The notes beneath the pieces were generated by a model, which worked only from the letters and a program-made list of their open reading frames with translations, searched no databases and had not been told where the DNA came from. Shown piece by piece: positions 44,627-53,667 of a DNA stretch of 64,000 nt. Numbering within the stretch: the first letter of the stretch is position 1; each line of letters starts with the position of its first letter. The stretch is taken from NCBI GenBank assembly GCA_023700805.1, contig JAMPYF010000004.1:9341-73340 (forward strand), read 5' to 3'. The position numbers and the translations under genes were made by a program. Origin of the DNA: Sulfuritalea sp. (lineage in GTDB: Bacteria; Pseudomonadota; Gammaproteobacteria; Burkholderiales; Rhodocyclaceae).

Positions 44627-45304
44627 ATGATTCTGGCAATCCTCAATACCAAGGGTGGCGTCGGCAAGACCACCACCGCGCTCAACCTGGCCATCGCCTG
44701 CAAGCTCCACGGCCGTGATGTCCTCGCCGTGGATGGAGACCGACAGGGCACCCTGATGGCCGCGCTCTCGGGCCGTGAAGTCGAGCCCACGATCCCCTGT
44801 GTCCACTACCCCGACGGTCAGGCGTTGCGTCAGCAAGTGATCTTGGCCAGGGACCGCTATACCGATATCGTCATCGATGCAGGCGGGCGGGATTCGACGG
44901 CACTGCGCGCTGCACTGGTCCTGGCCGATCACGTTCTCATTCCGCTGCAACCCCGATCTTTCGACCTCTGGGCATTGAATGACATGACCGGACTGCTGGC
45001 TCAGGCCAGAGCAACGAGGGATATATCGGCCTCCGTCTTCCTCTGCATGGCCGACCCGACCGGCAGCGACAATGCCGCGACGGCCGGATCGCTACCGCCG
45101 GGTGTTGGCTATGTCGACGCACCCGTGGTGCGGCGGAAGGCAGTGGCCAGCATTGCGGCGATGGGCTGTTCGATCCTTGAATTCCCAGCCAGAGACGAGA
45201 AAGCTGCCCATGAATACCGCTGCCTGGCGGGGGCCGTGTTCGGCTGGCCATTCAGTGAAATGCGCAGTGAAACGTGCAGTCAAACGACGGAAGGGCTACG
45301 GTGA
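44627..45304 (+). CDS. parA: ParA-family ATPase (type Ib)
   Basis: NTKGGVGKTT, VDGDRQG, VIDAGG. Confidence 0.88.
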   Translation: MILAILNTKGGVGKTTTALNLAIACKLHGRDVLAVDGDRQGTLMAALSGREVEPTIPCVHYPDGQALRQQVILARDRYTDIVIDAGGRDSTALRAALVLADHVLIPLQPRSFDLWALNDMTGLLAQARATRDISASVFLCMADPTGSDNAATAGSLPPGVGYVDAPVVRRKAVASIAAMGCSILEFPARDEKAAHEYRCLAGAVFGWPFSEMRSETCSQTTEGLR

Positions 45305-45308
45305 ACCG

Positions 45309-45545
45309 ATGGCGATCCTACGTAGACCTGCCGCAGTTCCTGCAGTAGTTCCGGCGCAGGACGACATCAAGGATTTCATTGATCAGGCACCGGACGGCAG
45401 GAAGTCGATCAAGCGGACAGGGAAGAAAAACGTGATCACCGTCACGATCGATCCGGCCGTACTGGCGCGCCTGGACGATTGGGCGCAGAGCAGGGGGATC
45501 AGTCGCGCGGCGGCGATTGCGGTGGCAGTGGCGAAGTTGAAGTAG
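45309..45545 (+). CDS. ParG/CopG-like ribbon-helix-helix protein
   Basis: ITVTIDPAVLARLDDWAQSRGISRAA, directly after parA. Confidence 0.75.
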   Translation: MAILRRPAAVPAVVPAQDDIKDFIDQAPDGRKSIKRTGKKNVITVTIDPAVLARLDDWAQSRGISRAAAIAVAVAKLK

Positions 45546-45580
45546 CACGCTGCCGTCAGCGCAAGACATCCTGCGCCAGA

Positions 45581-46657
45581 TCAGCGCAAGGAAACACCCG
45601 CCTCCTTGCCCGGCACGAATCCTCGTGAGGACGCCCATGCGTCGAAATATGGTCGCAACTCGTCGGGCAGGTCGAGCACGAAGTCGATATCCAGCGGATA
45701 GCTGATCGGCATCCGATCCTTGACCAGGTCGAGCAGGGCTTCACCCTGCTTGCGGTCCTTCGGGCGCTTGGTGGCCTTGCGCTCCGGCTTATCGGCCAGC
45801 CACAACTTGTGCAGGGCCATCCAGCGTGGATCCGGCGCGTAGATCGGGCAGGTCTTGAGATCGCGGGAAACGATCACGTGCCGGACCGCCCTGCCTTGCA
45901 GCAGCCACTCCTGTTCCTGAAATACCGGCAAGGGTTCGAAGACTTCGTTTTCCGGCAGGGTACGAAATACCGAGGGGGCGGCAAGCAGTTCGACTTCATA
46001 GCCGGTGCGGTCCAGTGCCTGGTAGCGTTTGCCCCGATTGATCGTGAAGCTGGCGTCGACCGCCTTGAGCGCGCGCATCAATGACGAACCTGTTGGACGA
46101 TCGTTGGCCTTGGAGAGCGACACCGTGGTGCCGCGGCACCACGAAAGATCAAAATCATCCGTCTCGTCTGCAATACCCGCCGCGAACCGGGCGCCCGCCT
46201 CGACCTCGTAGGCCGCAAAGGCGTTGGTGCCGACAACCAGCAGATCGGAACCCAGCAGCCCCTGGATATCCAGCTCGCGCAGAATGGCGGCAGGCCGATT
46301 GGTCGCCATGGGCAAACGATGTCCGCGATAGGAGCGTATCGTGTCGAGCAAGGCTGCCTCGGTTTCGACAAGCGCCGCCTTTGCTGCGTCACGATCGCGC
46401 TGATAGGACTCGTAACGCGCCTCGGTTTCCGGGGCGCGAATGCCTTGAGATTTCCCCTGATCGCCGGCAGCGTGCTTGACGGTCAGGTACTCGCCCGAGT
46501 CCTTGACGACCCAGTACATGGACGAGGGAAAGCTTTCCAGTTGGCGGAGTGCGCTGATCCACGCATCATGGCGCTGCGCCAAATTCGCGCAGAGCCGCCA
46601 AGCCTCATCCGAAAAGGTGCTGAATATCATAGTGAGATGAATTGTAAAGAATTCCAC
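45581..46657 (-). CDS. GSU2403-like nucleotidyltransferase-fold protein
   Basis: VVGTNAFAAYE, TDDFDL, PDPRWMALHKLWL, KRPKD. Confidence 0.75.
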   Translation of the reverse strand: MEFFTIHLTMIFSTFSDEAWRLCANLAQRHDAWISALRQLESFPSSMYWVVKDSGEYLTVKHAAGDQGKSQGIRAPETEARYESYQRDRDAAKAALVETEAALLDTIRSYRGHRLPMATNRPAAILRELDIQGLLGSDLLVVGTNAFAAYEVEAGARFAAGIADETDDFDLSWCRGTTVSLSKANDRPTGSSLMRALKAVDASFTINRGKRYQALDRTGYEVELLAAPSVFRTLPENEVFEPLPVFQEQEWLLQGRAVRHVIVSRDLKTCPIYAPDPRWMALHKLWLADKPERKATKRPKDRKQGEALLDLVKDRMPISYPLDIDFVLDLPDELRPYFDAWASSRGFVPGKEAGVSLR

Positions 46658-47094
46658 CTGAAATTGACGAAAATTGGCGATTTAGGTGGAAAACTACTGC
46701 AAGCAGCCGTTGCACGCCAACCACAGGCTGCCCAGAAAAAATAATTCCTGCGATTCATCTCCCTCCGCCCCTGTCAGTTTTGCTGTTTCTCTGCCTGTCC
46801 CGTTGTTACGGGCTACCTGTCGTAACCACGCTTGACACCGGATTTCTCGCTCGATATCGTGCATTCCATCAACCGTGACGCATAATGCCTCGCGGGCGAA
46901 GTGGTAGCTGGCCACACGAAATAAACAGCATTAAAAATCGCTGCTCATTACGCATGTGGTGGCAGCGAATGCGCAGGCGGAACTCAAACGGGTTTCGTCG
47001 TTATCGAGTGGCGGACCTTGAGCTGCCCTCCTCAAAAGCAGTGATGACGGTCTCGCTCGTTCCTTGAATACAGCCTCTGGCTGTTTTAATTTCT

Positions 47095-47560
47095 CTTCTC
47101 CGCCCAAAGAGACGGAAGCGATGGAGAAATCCTGCAACACCCGTCGTGACGGGCCTGGCAGGCGCGGACGGGATCAATCGCCGCGCACTACTACCCGCAC
47201 TAAAACTCCTTTCGACCGCAGCAACGGGGGCCGCCAACGCAAATGGCCGGCCAGCAGGCCAGGCAATCTGCCATCCTCGCGCCAACGTCCCAAGAGCCAT
47301 AAGTACTCTCCCACTTCACCGTCGGCCGCCATGCCGACAGCCATCCCCCCGCCGGGCGCAAGCCCTTTGCGATGGCGTGCGAGTGCAACTCTGGGCGTGA
47401 GGCTCGCCCGAATCTATCCCTCATCCCGGTCGTGATCGACGACCAGCACTCCGCAGCGACCGGCTGAATCCGGTTCAACACTCACCGACAGGTGGCGGGG
47501 ATCGGAGTGCGGCTGGACCTTGGACCGTCGGGTACGCCTGACGGTCCGAGTCCAGTCCTC
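47095..47560 (+). ncRNA. candidate large structured RNA upstream of the tyrosine recombinase
   Basis: Near-continuous hairpins, including GCAA and GACA (GNRA) and TACG (UNCG) tetraloops and a multibranch helix; boundaries approximate. Confidence 0.55.
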
Positions 47561-47605
47561 GATCATGGCCAGCATGGACAGAATAAATGTTGACAAGGAG
47601 CGGAC

Positions 47606-48574
47606 ATGAACAAATTCCCGACGGAGCGCAACTTCGGCTACGGCAAACAACTCGACTGGGCCGGGCACCAGGCATTACTCGATCTCTATGGCCGAGGGCA
47701 TTACGCCACCGTCGCCACCCATAGCCGGCGCTGGAGCCGGTTCTGCGCCTGGGCAAGGGCCGAACACGGTATCCGTGATGCCAGACATATTGATCAGCAC
47801 GTCATCGAAGATTACGCCGCCACCCTGCAAGGCCAGGTCAATGAAGAATCCCTGAGCATCAGCTACGCCCAGAACCTGCTTTCGACCCTGAACACCGCCC
47901 TCGAAGCTATGCGACGAGACAAGTTGGTCAGGCTGGATTCTCCCTCCGGGTGGGTCGGGCTGCGCTCCATGGTGAGAACCGATCCACCGGGCGGCATGGA
48001 TCGGGTCCAGGTCGATGCCTTGATCGCCCGTCTGCGCAAGCTCGATTACCGACGCGCGGCGTCGGTCGTGCGACTGGTACGCAACTTTGGACTGCGATTA
48101 CGTGAGGCTGTCCTGGGCGATCTTCATGAATGGCAGCGTCAGGCAAGGACGTTCGGAAAGATCGATATCCGCGAGGGCACCAAGGGCGGCCGGGGCAGGG
48201 AAGTAGAACGCTGGGTCGTGGTTAGCGAAGACGGCATGCTGGCGATCAGTGAAGCCATGCATCTGAGCCAGTCGCTCGGCTGCGAGCGCAACCTGCTGAA
48301 GTCCGCCGAATCCTTCAACGATCTGGTCAACAACGGCGAGATCAATCTAACCCGCCGGCATCTGCATGAATTCGGGATCAAGGGGTATCACGAACTGCGG
48401 GCGGCCTGGGCCTGCGAGCGGTATCTGCAGGAAACCGGATGTCCGGCGCCGGTGATGCGAGGAAGCCGACTAGCGGATCCCGCTGTGGATGCCGAGGCGC
48501 GCCGGATCATTGCCCAGGAATTGGGCCACAACCGGATCGACGTGGTTGTGGAATACATCGGGGCCCGACCATGA
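47606..48574 (+). CDS. tyrosine recombinase (Integrase_1-like)
   Basis: Intact R-K-HxxR-H-Y set: GLRLRE, GTKGG, YHELR, LGHNR, VEYIG; AAGGAG RBS. Confidence 0.88.
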   Translation: MNKFPTERNFGYGKQLDWAGHQALLDLYGRGHYATVATHSRRWSRFCAWARAEHGIRDARHIDQHVIEDYAATLQGQVNEESLSISYAQNLLSTLNTALEAMRRDKLVRLDSPSGWVGLRSMVRTDPPGGMDRVQVDALIARLRKLDYRRAASVVRLVRNFGLRLREAVLGDLHEWQRQARTFGKIDIREGTKGGRGREVERWVVVSEDGMLAISEAMHLSQSLGCERNLLKSAESFNDLVNNGEINLTRRHLHEFGIKGYHELRAAWACERYLQETGCPAPVMRGSRLADPAVDAEARRIIAQELGHNRIDVVVEYIGARP

Positions 48575-48906
48575 GCATCGCCATGTTGTTGAAGCGTGCG
48601 TTGCCGGGAGCGAAGGCAAGCATCAACGGGCATATTTATCGGGGTGAGCGGATTGCGGTGGCGATTCAGGGGCGATTCCAGATCAGCGAACCGCACCAGT
48701 GGCAGGCCAAGCATCTGCGCTGGGTGCTGGAACGTTGGGCCGAGCCGTTATCATCCAGCACCCGCTACGATTACTGGCGCACGGCCCGGGCGCTGGCATC
48801 GGCACTCGGACGATGGGCGGATTGGGAGCCCCATTTGCGCGGGCCATGGTACCGACGGGGAGTAGGTGGGCGGCCGGCGAAGATTGCTCAAGGCAAAAGG
48901 CCATAG
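48571..48906 (+). CDS. small partner protein resembling an integrase N-terminal SAM-like domain
   Basis: ATGA overlap with the recombinase stop; WQAKHLRWVL...SSTRYDYWRT. Confidence 0.7.
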   Translation: MSIAMLLKRALPGAKASINGHIYRGERIAVAIQGRFQISEPHQWQAKHLRWVLERWAEPLSSSTRYDYWRTARALASALGRWADWEPHLRGPWYRRGVGGRPAKIAQGKRP

Positions 48907-49258
48907 ACTCACTACGGTCGCGATCAGATTCGCTGGCACCGGCACATCCAGCGCCTCCCCACGCCTTGCCATTCTCGGTCCTCGCCACATAGACGATGGC
49001 GCCAGCGAGATTTCCACCCTCCGTATTGATCTCGACTTGTTTCGCCTCCTTCGCATATTCACCGGTGCTTGCATCGATGCAGCAGTCGCGGCAGCCGAGC
49101 GCCTTGCCCGGGAGTCGGCGCTGGCGAAAAGGTGTGCCGCGAATGCGCAGTCGGTCTCTAGCGCGACGGCATAAAAGAATCAGGCCGAGCGGCCAGTTGG
49201 TTTCCGCACCCGCGCCCAAACCAGGGGAACAGCCGAATTTGCACATTGACGATAAAGC

Positions 49259-49723
49259 TCAGCGTCCGGGTAAAACAAGTTCAACCGTTCTCCCGCCGTA
49301 ACCGAACTTCTGGTCGCGCGCTTGAACCACTACGCTGCGAACGGTGCGCGGGATTCTGACGCCATGGATATCGCGGGTAAATGGTTGCTCGGTAGCATGG
49401 TCATGCCACAATTTTCGCTCGCCGTAGACTTCTCCAACCTTGCCCGTCACCCGAAAGCCGTCCGCGTAGCGCTGTGGCGTATCGTAGGGCGAAGATACCG
49501 TCACATTGAAGTCGAAAGTGTCGACATTCCGGGCTTGAACCGTTGCGGCAATTACATCGGGATGCTTTTGGGACGCCAGGTCGGCGGCGAGAACCGGGGC
49601 GACCGACAGGCCGGCCGCGATCAGCAGTACCGCGAGATACCGGATGCGCTCGCGTACGGTACCGGGCATCTCGCTGCGTCCCGGGATGCCGGCAAGTTTT
49701 TGCTTAATCCGGTCGGCGCTCAT
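49259..49723 (-). CDS. exported hypothetical protein
   Basis: Hydrophobic signal; FNVTVSSPYD...YAD...LWHDH...QPFTR; start uncertain. Confidence 0.7.
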   Translation of the reverse strand: MSADRIKQKLAGIPGRSEMPGTVRERIRYLAVLLIAAGLSVAPVLAADLASQKHPDVIAATVQARNVDTFDFNVTVSSPYDTPQRYADGFRVTGKVGEVYGERKLWHDHATEQPFTRDIHGVRIPRTVRSVVVQARDQKFGYGGRTVELVLPGR

Positions 49724-49904
49724 CCGGTATCCCCTTGTCGGTATAACGCTTGCACGCGGCACGCAAAAAGTCCATCTGCTTGCTGAAGTTCTTGCAGCCG
49801 CTGCACATGGCGAGGTGCATTTTCAGCTGGAGCGCCTCCGACAGGCTCAACTTGCGATCCTGGGCCTCGGACAAACGCTGGGTGGTTTCCTTGCAACTCA
49901 ACAT
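49704..49904 (-). CDS. zf-HC2 anti-sigma factor
   Basis: MLSCKETT...HLAMCSGC. Confidence 0.88.
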   Translation of the reverse strand: MLSCKETTQRLSEAQDRKLSLSEALQLKMHLAMCSGCKNFSKQMDFLRAACKRYTDKGIPDERRPD

Positions 49905-50503
49905 GATGGTGATTCCTCTCCGGCAAACCAGGATTTCTCCAGACAGCGGCGCAGGGCGTTTCTGGCCCTGTGCAAAATGACGTGGCAATTGCTGATGCTG
50001 ATGTGCAGCTCGGCACATACCTCATCGGTATCGAATTCCAGGAATTCCCGCATCATGAACACGCGCGCGGTGTTTGCCGGCAGGTGATTCAGGCAGGCGT
50101 CGAAGACGATCCAGAACTGGTCCTGGCGCAAGGCCGCTTCGGGATCGCCCCAGTCGCGCGGCCTTGCCTCCGGTTGCCAGTGGGCATTGGGCTTGAACAG
50201 GGATTCGAATGCTTCGTCGAGCCCGGCCTCCTCGTCCGCCAGCGCGCTGACATTGACCGTTCGGCTGCGCACGCGAATGGCATCGACAATCTTGTTGCGA
50301 AGAATCCCGAAGACCCAGGTTTTCAGGGCGGAGCGTCCTTCGAACTCGCGTTTCCCGCTCAATGCGGCTGCCAGTGCTTCCTGGACCACATCCTCCGCCA
50401 GATGTGCGTCACGCAACTGTATCTGGGCGAATCGGAGCATGTCGTGGCGTATCGCCGTCAGGTAATTCTCGTCGTTCGATAACCGATCTGCATTGCTGTC
50501 CAC
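49898..50503 (-). CDS. ECF sigma-70 factor
   Basis: AEDVVQE, KTWVFGILRNK, ILHRARNALRRCLE. Confidence 0.9.
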   Translation of the reverse strand: MDSNADRLSNDENYLTAIRHDMLRFAQIQLRDAHLAEDVVQEALAAALSGKREFEGRSALKTWVFGILRNKIVDAIRVRSRTVNVSALADEEAGLDEAFESLFKPNAHWQPEARPRDWGDPEAALRQDQFWIVFDACLNHLPANTARVFMMREFLEFDTDEVCAELHISISNCHVILHRARNALRRCLEKSWFAGEESPSC

Positions 50504-51146
50504 TAAACTCTCCCGTATCGCCTCGTGTTGTCATGGCATCAGGATAACCCGAGTAAAGGCGTTCGAGGTCCCGCGGCAGATCGACATCCCACAACGGGTC
50601 CGGCTCATTCCAGCACCATCCAATGGTGGCCAACCGCTTCCGGGTCTGGGCCATGACGCGGTCGCTGCCCCAGTCGACACCCGCAAAAATCTCCGGAGCC
50701 GGTGTTTTCATCCCTATCAGTACATAGCCGCCGTCCTCCGCCGGGATCACGACCGCATCGCCTTCGCCGAGGGCTTTCGCGGCATTGCGCAAATGCGTGG
50801 AACTCAGTGCCGGACAGTCGGTACCGATCACCAGGGTTCCCGCTGAAGCGGCAGATCCGACGACAGCGGCCAACATACGTTCGCCTAGGTCGCCCTCGGG
50901 TTGGCGGCGAAGCGTCACTTGGCCAAAGGCACGACAAACCGCGAAATCCCGATGGGAGGGATCGCCGGCGCACCACAGGCTGACCGGACCGACGTCGGCG
51001 ACCAGGGCCATTGCCACGGTACGCTGCAGCATCCAGCGTTGCAGACGCGCCGCGCCGTCGGCGCCAAGCGCCGGAATCAGCCGTGTCTTGGCCTGGCCTG
51101 GAATCGGTGCCCGGGCCAGGATGGCCACGCCGACACGGCTATTCAC
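50409..51146 (-). CDS. TIGR04282/DUF2064 glycosyltransferase-like protein
   Basis: PGQAKTRLIP, QPEGDLGERM, IGTDCP, PAEDGGYVLIG, WDVD. Confidence 0.85.
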   Translation of the reverse strand: MNSRVGVAILARAPIPGQAKTRLIPALGADGAARLQRWMLQRTVAMALVADVGPVSLWCAGDPSHRDFAVCRAFGQVTLRRQPEGDLGERMLAAVVGSAASAGTLVIGTDCPALSSTHLRNAAKALGEGDAVVIPAEDGGYVLIGMKTPAPEIFAGVDWGSDRVMAQTRKRLATIGWCWNEPDPLWDVDLPRDLERLYSGYPDAMTTRGDTGEFSGQQCRSVIERRELPDGDTPRHAPIRPDTVA

Positions 51147-51298
51147 GCGCGGATTCCCGCGGTGAAACCGTCCGGCGCCGGGCCGCACAACGTCCGGTCC
51201 TGCGCAGACAGTCTGAGGTTCCATATCCGTTTCATGTGCATCGCTGTAATCCCTGGTCTGTGCCATTGTAAATAGGCCTTGGTCGGAACCGTCAAGAC

Positions 51299-52039
51299 TC
51301 ACGCCGGCGGGCAATCGCCCGCGCTTGCGACGAAGCGGAAATCGGCGAAGCCGGATCGCGCTTCCTCGCCGGTGTTGTCGGTGTCGGCGGCGATGGCGAT
51401 GCCGGTCAGCCGCAGGGGTGGGTGGCCGAACGCGGCTTGAAAGTCGGCGCTGACGTTACGGCGTTCGTCGACCCAGCGTCCGGCAAACGTGCTGCCGGAG
51501 CGCAGGACCAGCATGCGCGCGCGCTCGGTGTAGGCATTCGGTTGCCAGGTGCCGACGGCATGCCGGTTATCCCAGATGTAGGTCAGGGCGGCATCGGGCA
51601 CCTGGTCGCCGTGGATGCCGCGGGCCAGACCGAGCCCCATGCGCGTCGCCATGCCGAGGTGGTCGGGCGCCACCGCGAAGCTCAGGTAGACGCGCGCGGC
51701 GTAATCGTCGCCGGATTTTCGTGTCATGTCGGCGGTCTTCAGCGGCGCATCGATGCGCCAGCGCCAGCACAGTATCGGCGTCGCCGCCAGATCGATCGCG
51801 ACCGGCCTCGCCAGCATGGCCATGCTGCCGACGGCGTGGGCCTCGACGGCATGAACTCCGTCCCACGGGCGGGTGCGGTAGCGCGTCGCCGGCACCTGTG
51901 GATTTGGCCGTTCGATGCGCCACGGCGGCGGGATTGCCCCGTCGGCCGCGCTGAAATCGCCGACCCAGACCGGCGCGGAAATGGCCGGCAGCGGCAACAG
52001 TGCCAGGCAAGTGCAGAGGACGCGCCGCGTGCTATTCAT
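51299..52039 (-). CDS. DUF3047 exported protein
   Basis: WRWRID, GDDYAARVY, AADTDNTG. Confidence 0.85.
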   Translation of the reverse strand: MNSTRRVLCTCLALLPLPAISAPVWVGDFSAADGAIPPPWRIERPNPQVPATRYRTRPWDGVHAVEAHAVGSMAMLARPVAIDLAATPILCWRWRIDAPLKTADMTRKSGDDYAARVYLSFAVAPDHLGMATRMGLGLARGIHGDQVPDAALTYIWDNRHAVGTWQPNAYTERARMLVLRSGSTFAGRWVDERRNVSADFQAAFGHPPLRLTGIAIAADTDNTGEEARSGFADFRFVASAGDCPPA

Positions 52040-52824
52040 ACCGCGCCTTCCTCTGTTCCACCGTCAGATTCGGCCCATTCGGCGCGGCGATAGTCGAAAC
52101 CGGCCGCCAGCGTCGGCTTGACGACTTCGAAATAAGGCGAAACGTCGAAGTCCCGGGGTACGAACAGGCTGTGATGGCGGATCTTGAGCACCTCGGCGCG
52201 GCAGCCGGGGCACTCGGGGCTATCGATGGAACGGCTGGAGACGTGCGGCAGGATCGGATAACGCACGGCCTGGAAGCACTGTGCGATCAGCGTCGAGCAG
52301 ATGGCCCGGGTCGGATCGCCGCTGCCCAGGGCCAGCATGCTGCGCCGCCAACCCTGCGGTACCGGCGGCGTCGGAACCAGGTAGCGGACGAGGTCGACGA
52401 CGTTCTTCAGATCGTAGTGATGACCGATGCGCGCGCAGGCGTGGTCGATGAGGCGCCGCCGGTCGTCGTCGGTCAGCCGGACCGGACGGCAGATCCGGCA
52501 ATGCGCACCGGCAAACACGGAAAAGCCGACGGCGCGAACACCCTCGACGATGTCGGCCTCGACGAAGCACAAGGGCGTTCCGTCCTTGGCCTGTCTCCCC
52601 AAGGTATCGCCGACGTAAAGCGCGGCGTGCGACCAGGTGGACTGGGTCAGGTATTTGATCGCCGTGCTGATGCGGGTGCTGCCCTCAACCAGCAGGACGT
52701 CGCCCGGTTGCAGTGCCCTTGCCAGCAGATTCATGTCCGTCGCCGGCGACGAACTGCAGGTGTGCGCCTGGCCGCTCAGCCAGCGCGCCAGTCTGCCGCC
52801 GATCCACTGTCCGAGCCGGTTCAT
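52036..52824 (-). CDS. YiiX/YebB-like permuted papain-like (NlpC/P60) enzyme
   Basis: PGDVLL, STWSHAALY, AICSTL. Confidence 0.8.
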   Translation of the reverse strand: MNRLGQWIGGRLARWLSGQAHTCSSSPATDMNLLARALQPGDVLLVEGSTRISTAIKYLTQSTWSHAALYVGDTLGRQAKDGTPLCFVEADIVEGVRAVGFSVFAGAHCRICRPVRLTDDDRRRLIDHACARIGHHYDLKNVVDLVRYLVPTPPVPQGWRRSMLALGSGDPTRAICSTLIAQCFQAVRYPILPHVSSRSIDSPECPGCRAEVLKIRHHSLFVPRDFDVSPYFEVVKPTLAAGFDYRRAEWAESDGGTEEGAV

Positions 52825-52842
52825 GGTCGGCGCGTCCCGCCG

Positions 52843-53667
52843 TCAGCCGCCCCGCCGGCGGCTGTCGTTGAGCTTCCAGTCATAGTCGAGGAACTCCAGT
52901 CTGTAGTCGCCGCTGAGCACTTTCGCTTGCGCCTCTGGCGTCACCGCGAGCTGGGCGGCATGGCGGCCGAAGGTGGTCTTCAGCGAGTCGTAGCCCTTGT
53001 GCCCTTTCTCGAAATCCTTGCCGTACCAGTCGAAGATTTTCGAGACCAGCAGGCGGCCCGAAGCGGCATCGAAGCGATTGCGCGAGGTATCGGCGAGGAA
53101 GCGCCGCATGCCGTCATCCAGCTGGACGTCGAGCTTCTCGGCGGTGAATGACTCGGCCCGCAACATCGGGCAACCGATCGAAGCGCAGACCACGGCAGCA
53201 TGGATGCGCGGATCGTCGAAGGCGCCGGGGGCGCGGATCAGGCCGTGCTCGACGTCGTCGAGAGTGCGCTCCTGTCCGAGCAGGCTGAAGAATTTCTTCT
53301 TCCACGGTGACTGGAACACGGAACCGAGGTCCTTGATCGATTCCAGGTCGGGATACTTCGTCAGGATCAGTTCGACCGTCCAGGCGTTGTAGGCATTGAT
53401 CAGGAAGGCCAGACGCTGCGGTTTGCTCCACTTGCCGTAGTCGGTCTCGCCGACCGCCGAAAGGCTGGCGAGATAGGCTTGCAGCGCCACCCTCTCGTTC
53501 TTCAGTGCCGCGTAATCGACGGCGCTGGCATTGCCGCCGGCAAAGGGTTTGACATGCTTCCCAAGCAGCGAATGCCAGGCGGCATGGTTGTGGTCAAAAC
53601 TCTGTGCCCGGACGAGCGTAGCCGATGCGACGAGAAAGAGGCCAATGAGCAATGTGCGTAATTTCAT
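52843..53667 (-). CDS. DUF547 exported protein
   Basis: LAFLINAYNA, DPRIHAAVVCASIGCP, SKIFDWY. Confidence 0.9.
   Translation of the reverse strand: MKLRTLLIGLFLVASATLVRAQSFDHNHAAWHSLLGKHVKPFAGGNASAVDYAALKNERVALQAYLASLSAVGETDYGKWSKPQRLAFLINAYNAWTVELILTKYPDLESIKDLGSVFQSPWKKKFFSLLGQERTLDDVEHGLIRAPGAFDDPRIHAAVVCASIGCPMLRAESFTAEKLDVQLDDGMRRFLADTSRNRFDAASGRLLVSKIFDWYGKDFEKGHKGYDSLKTTFGRHAAQLAVTPEAQAKVLSGDYRLEFLDYDWKLNDSRRRGG

Noticed and set aside
47001-47481. short ORFs upstream of the recombinase
   Set aside because: Mutually overlapping, low-complexity and without an RBS; better explained as structured non-coding sequence
48910-49250. possible ChaC/GGCT pseudogene
   Set aside because: Only a faint AIVYVA resemblance; not supportable without a search
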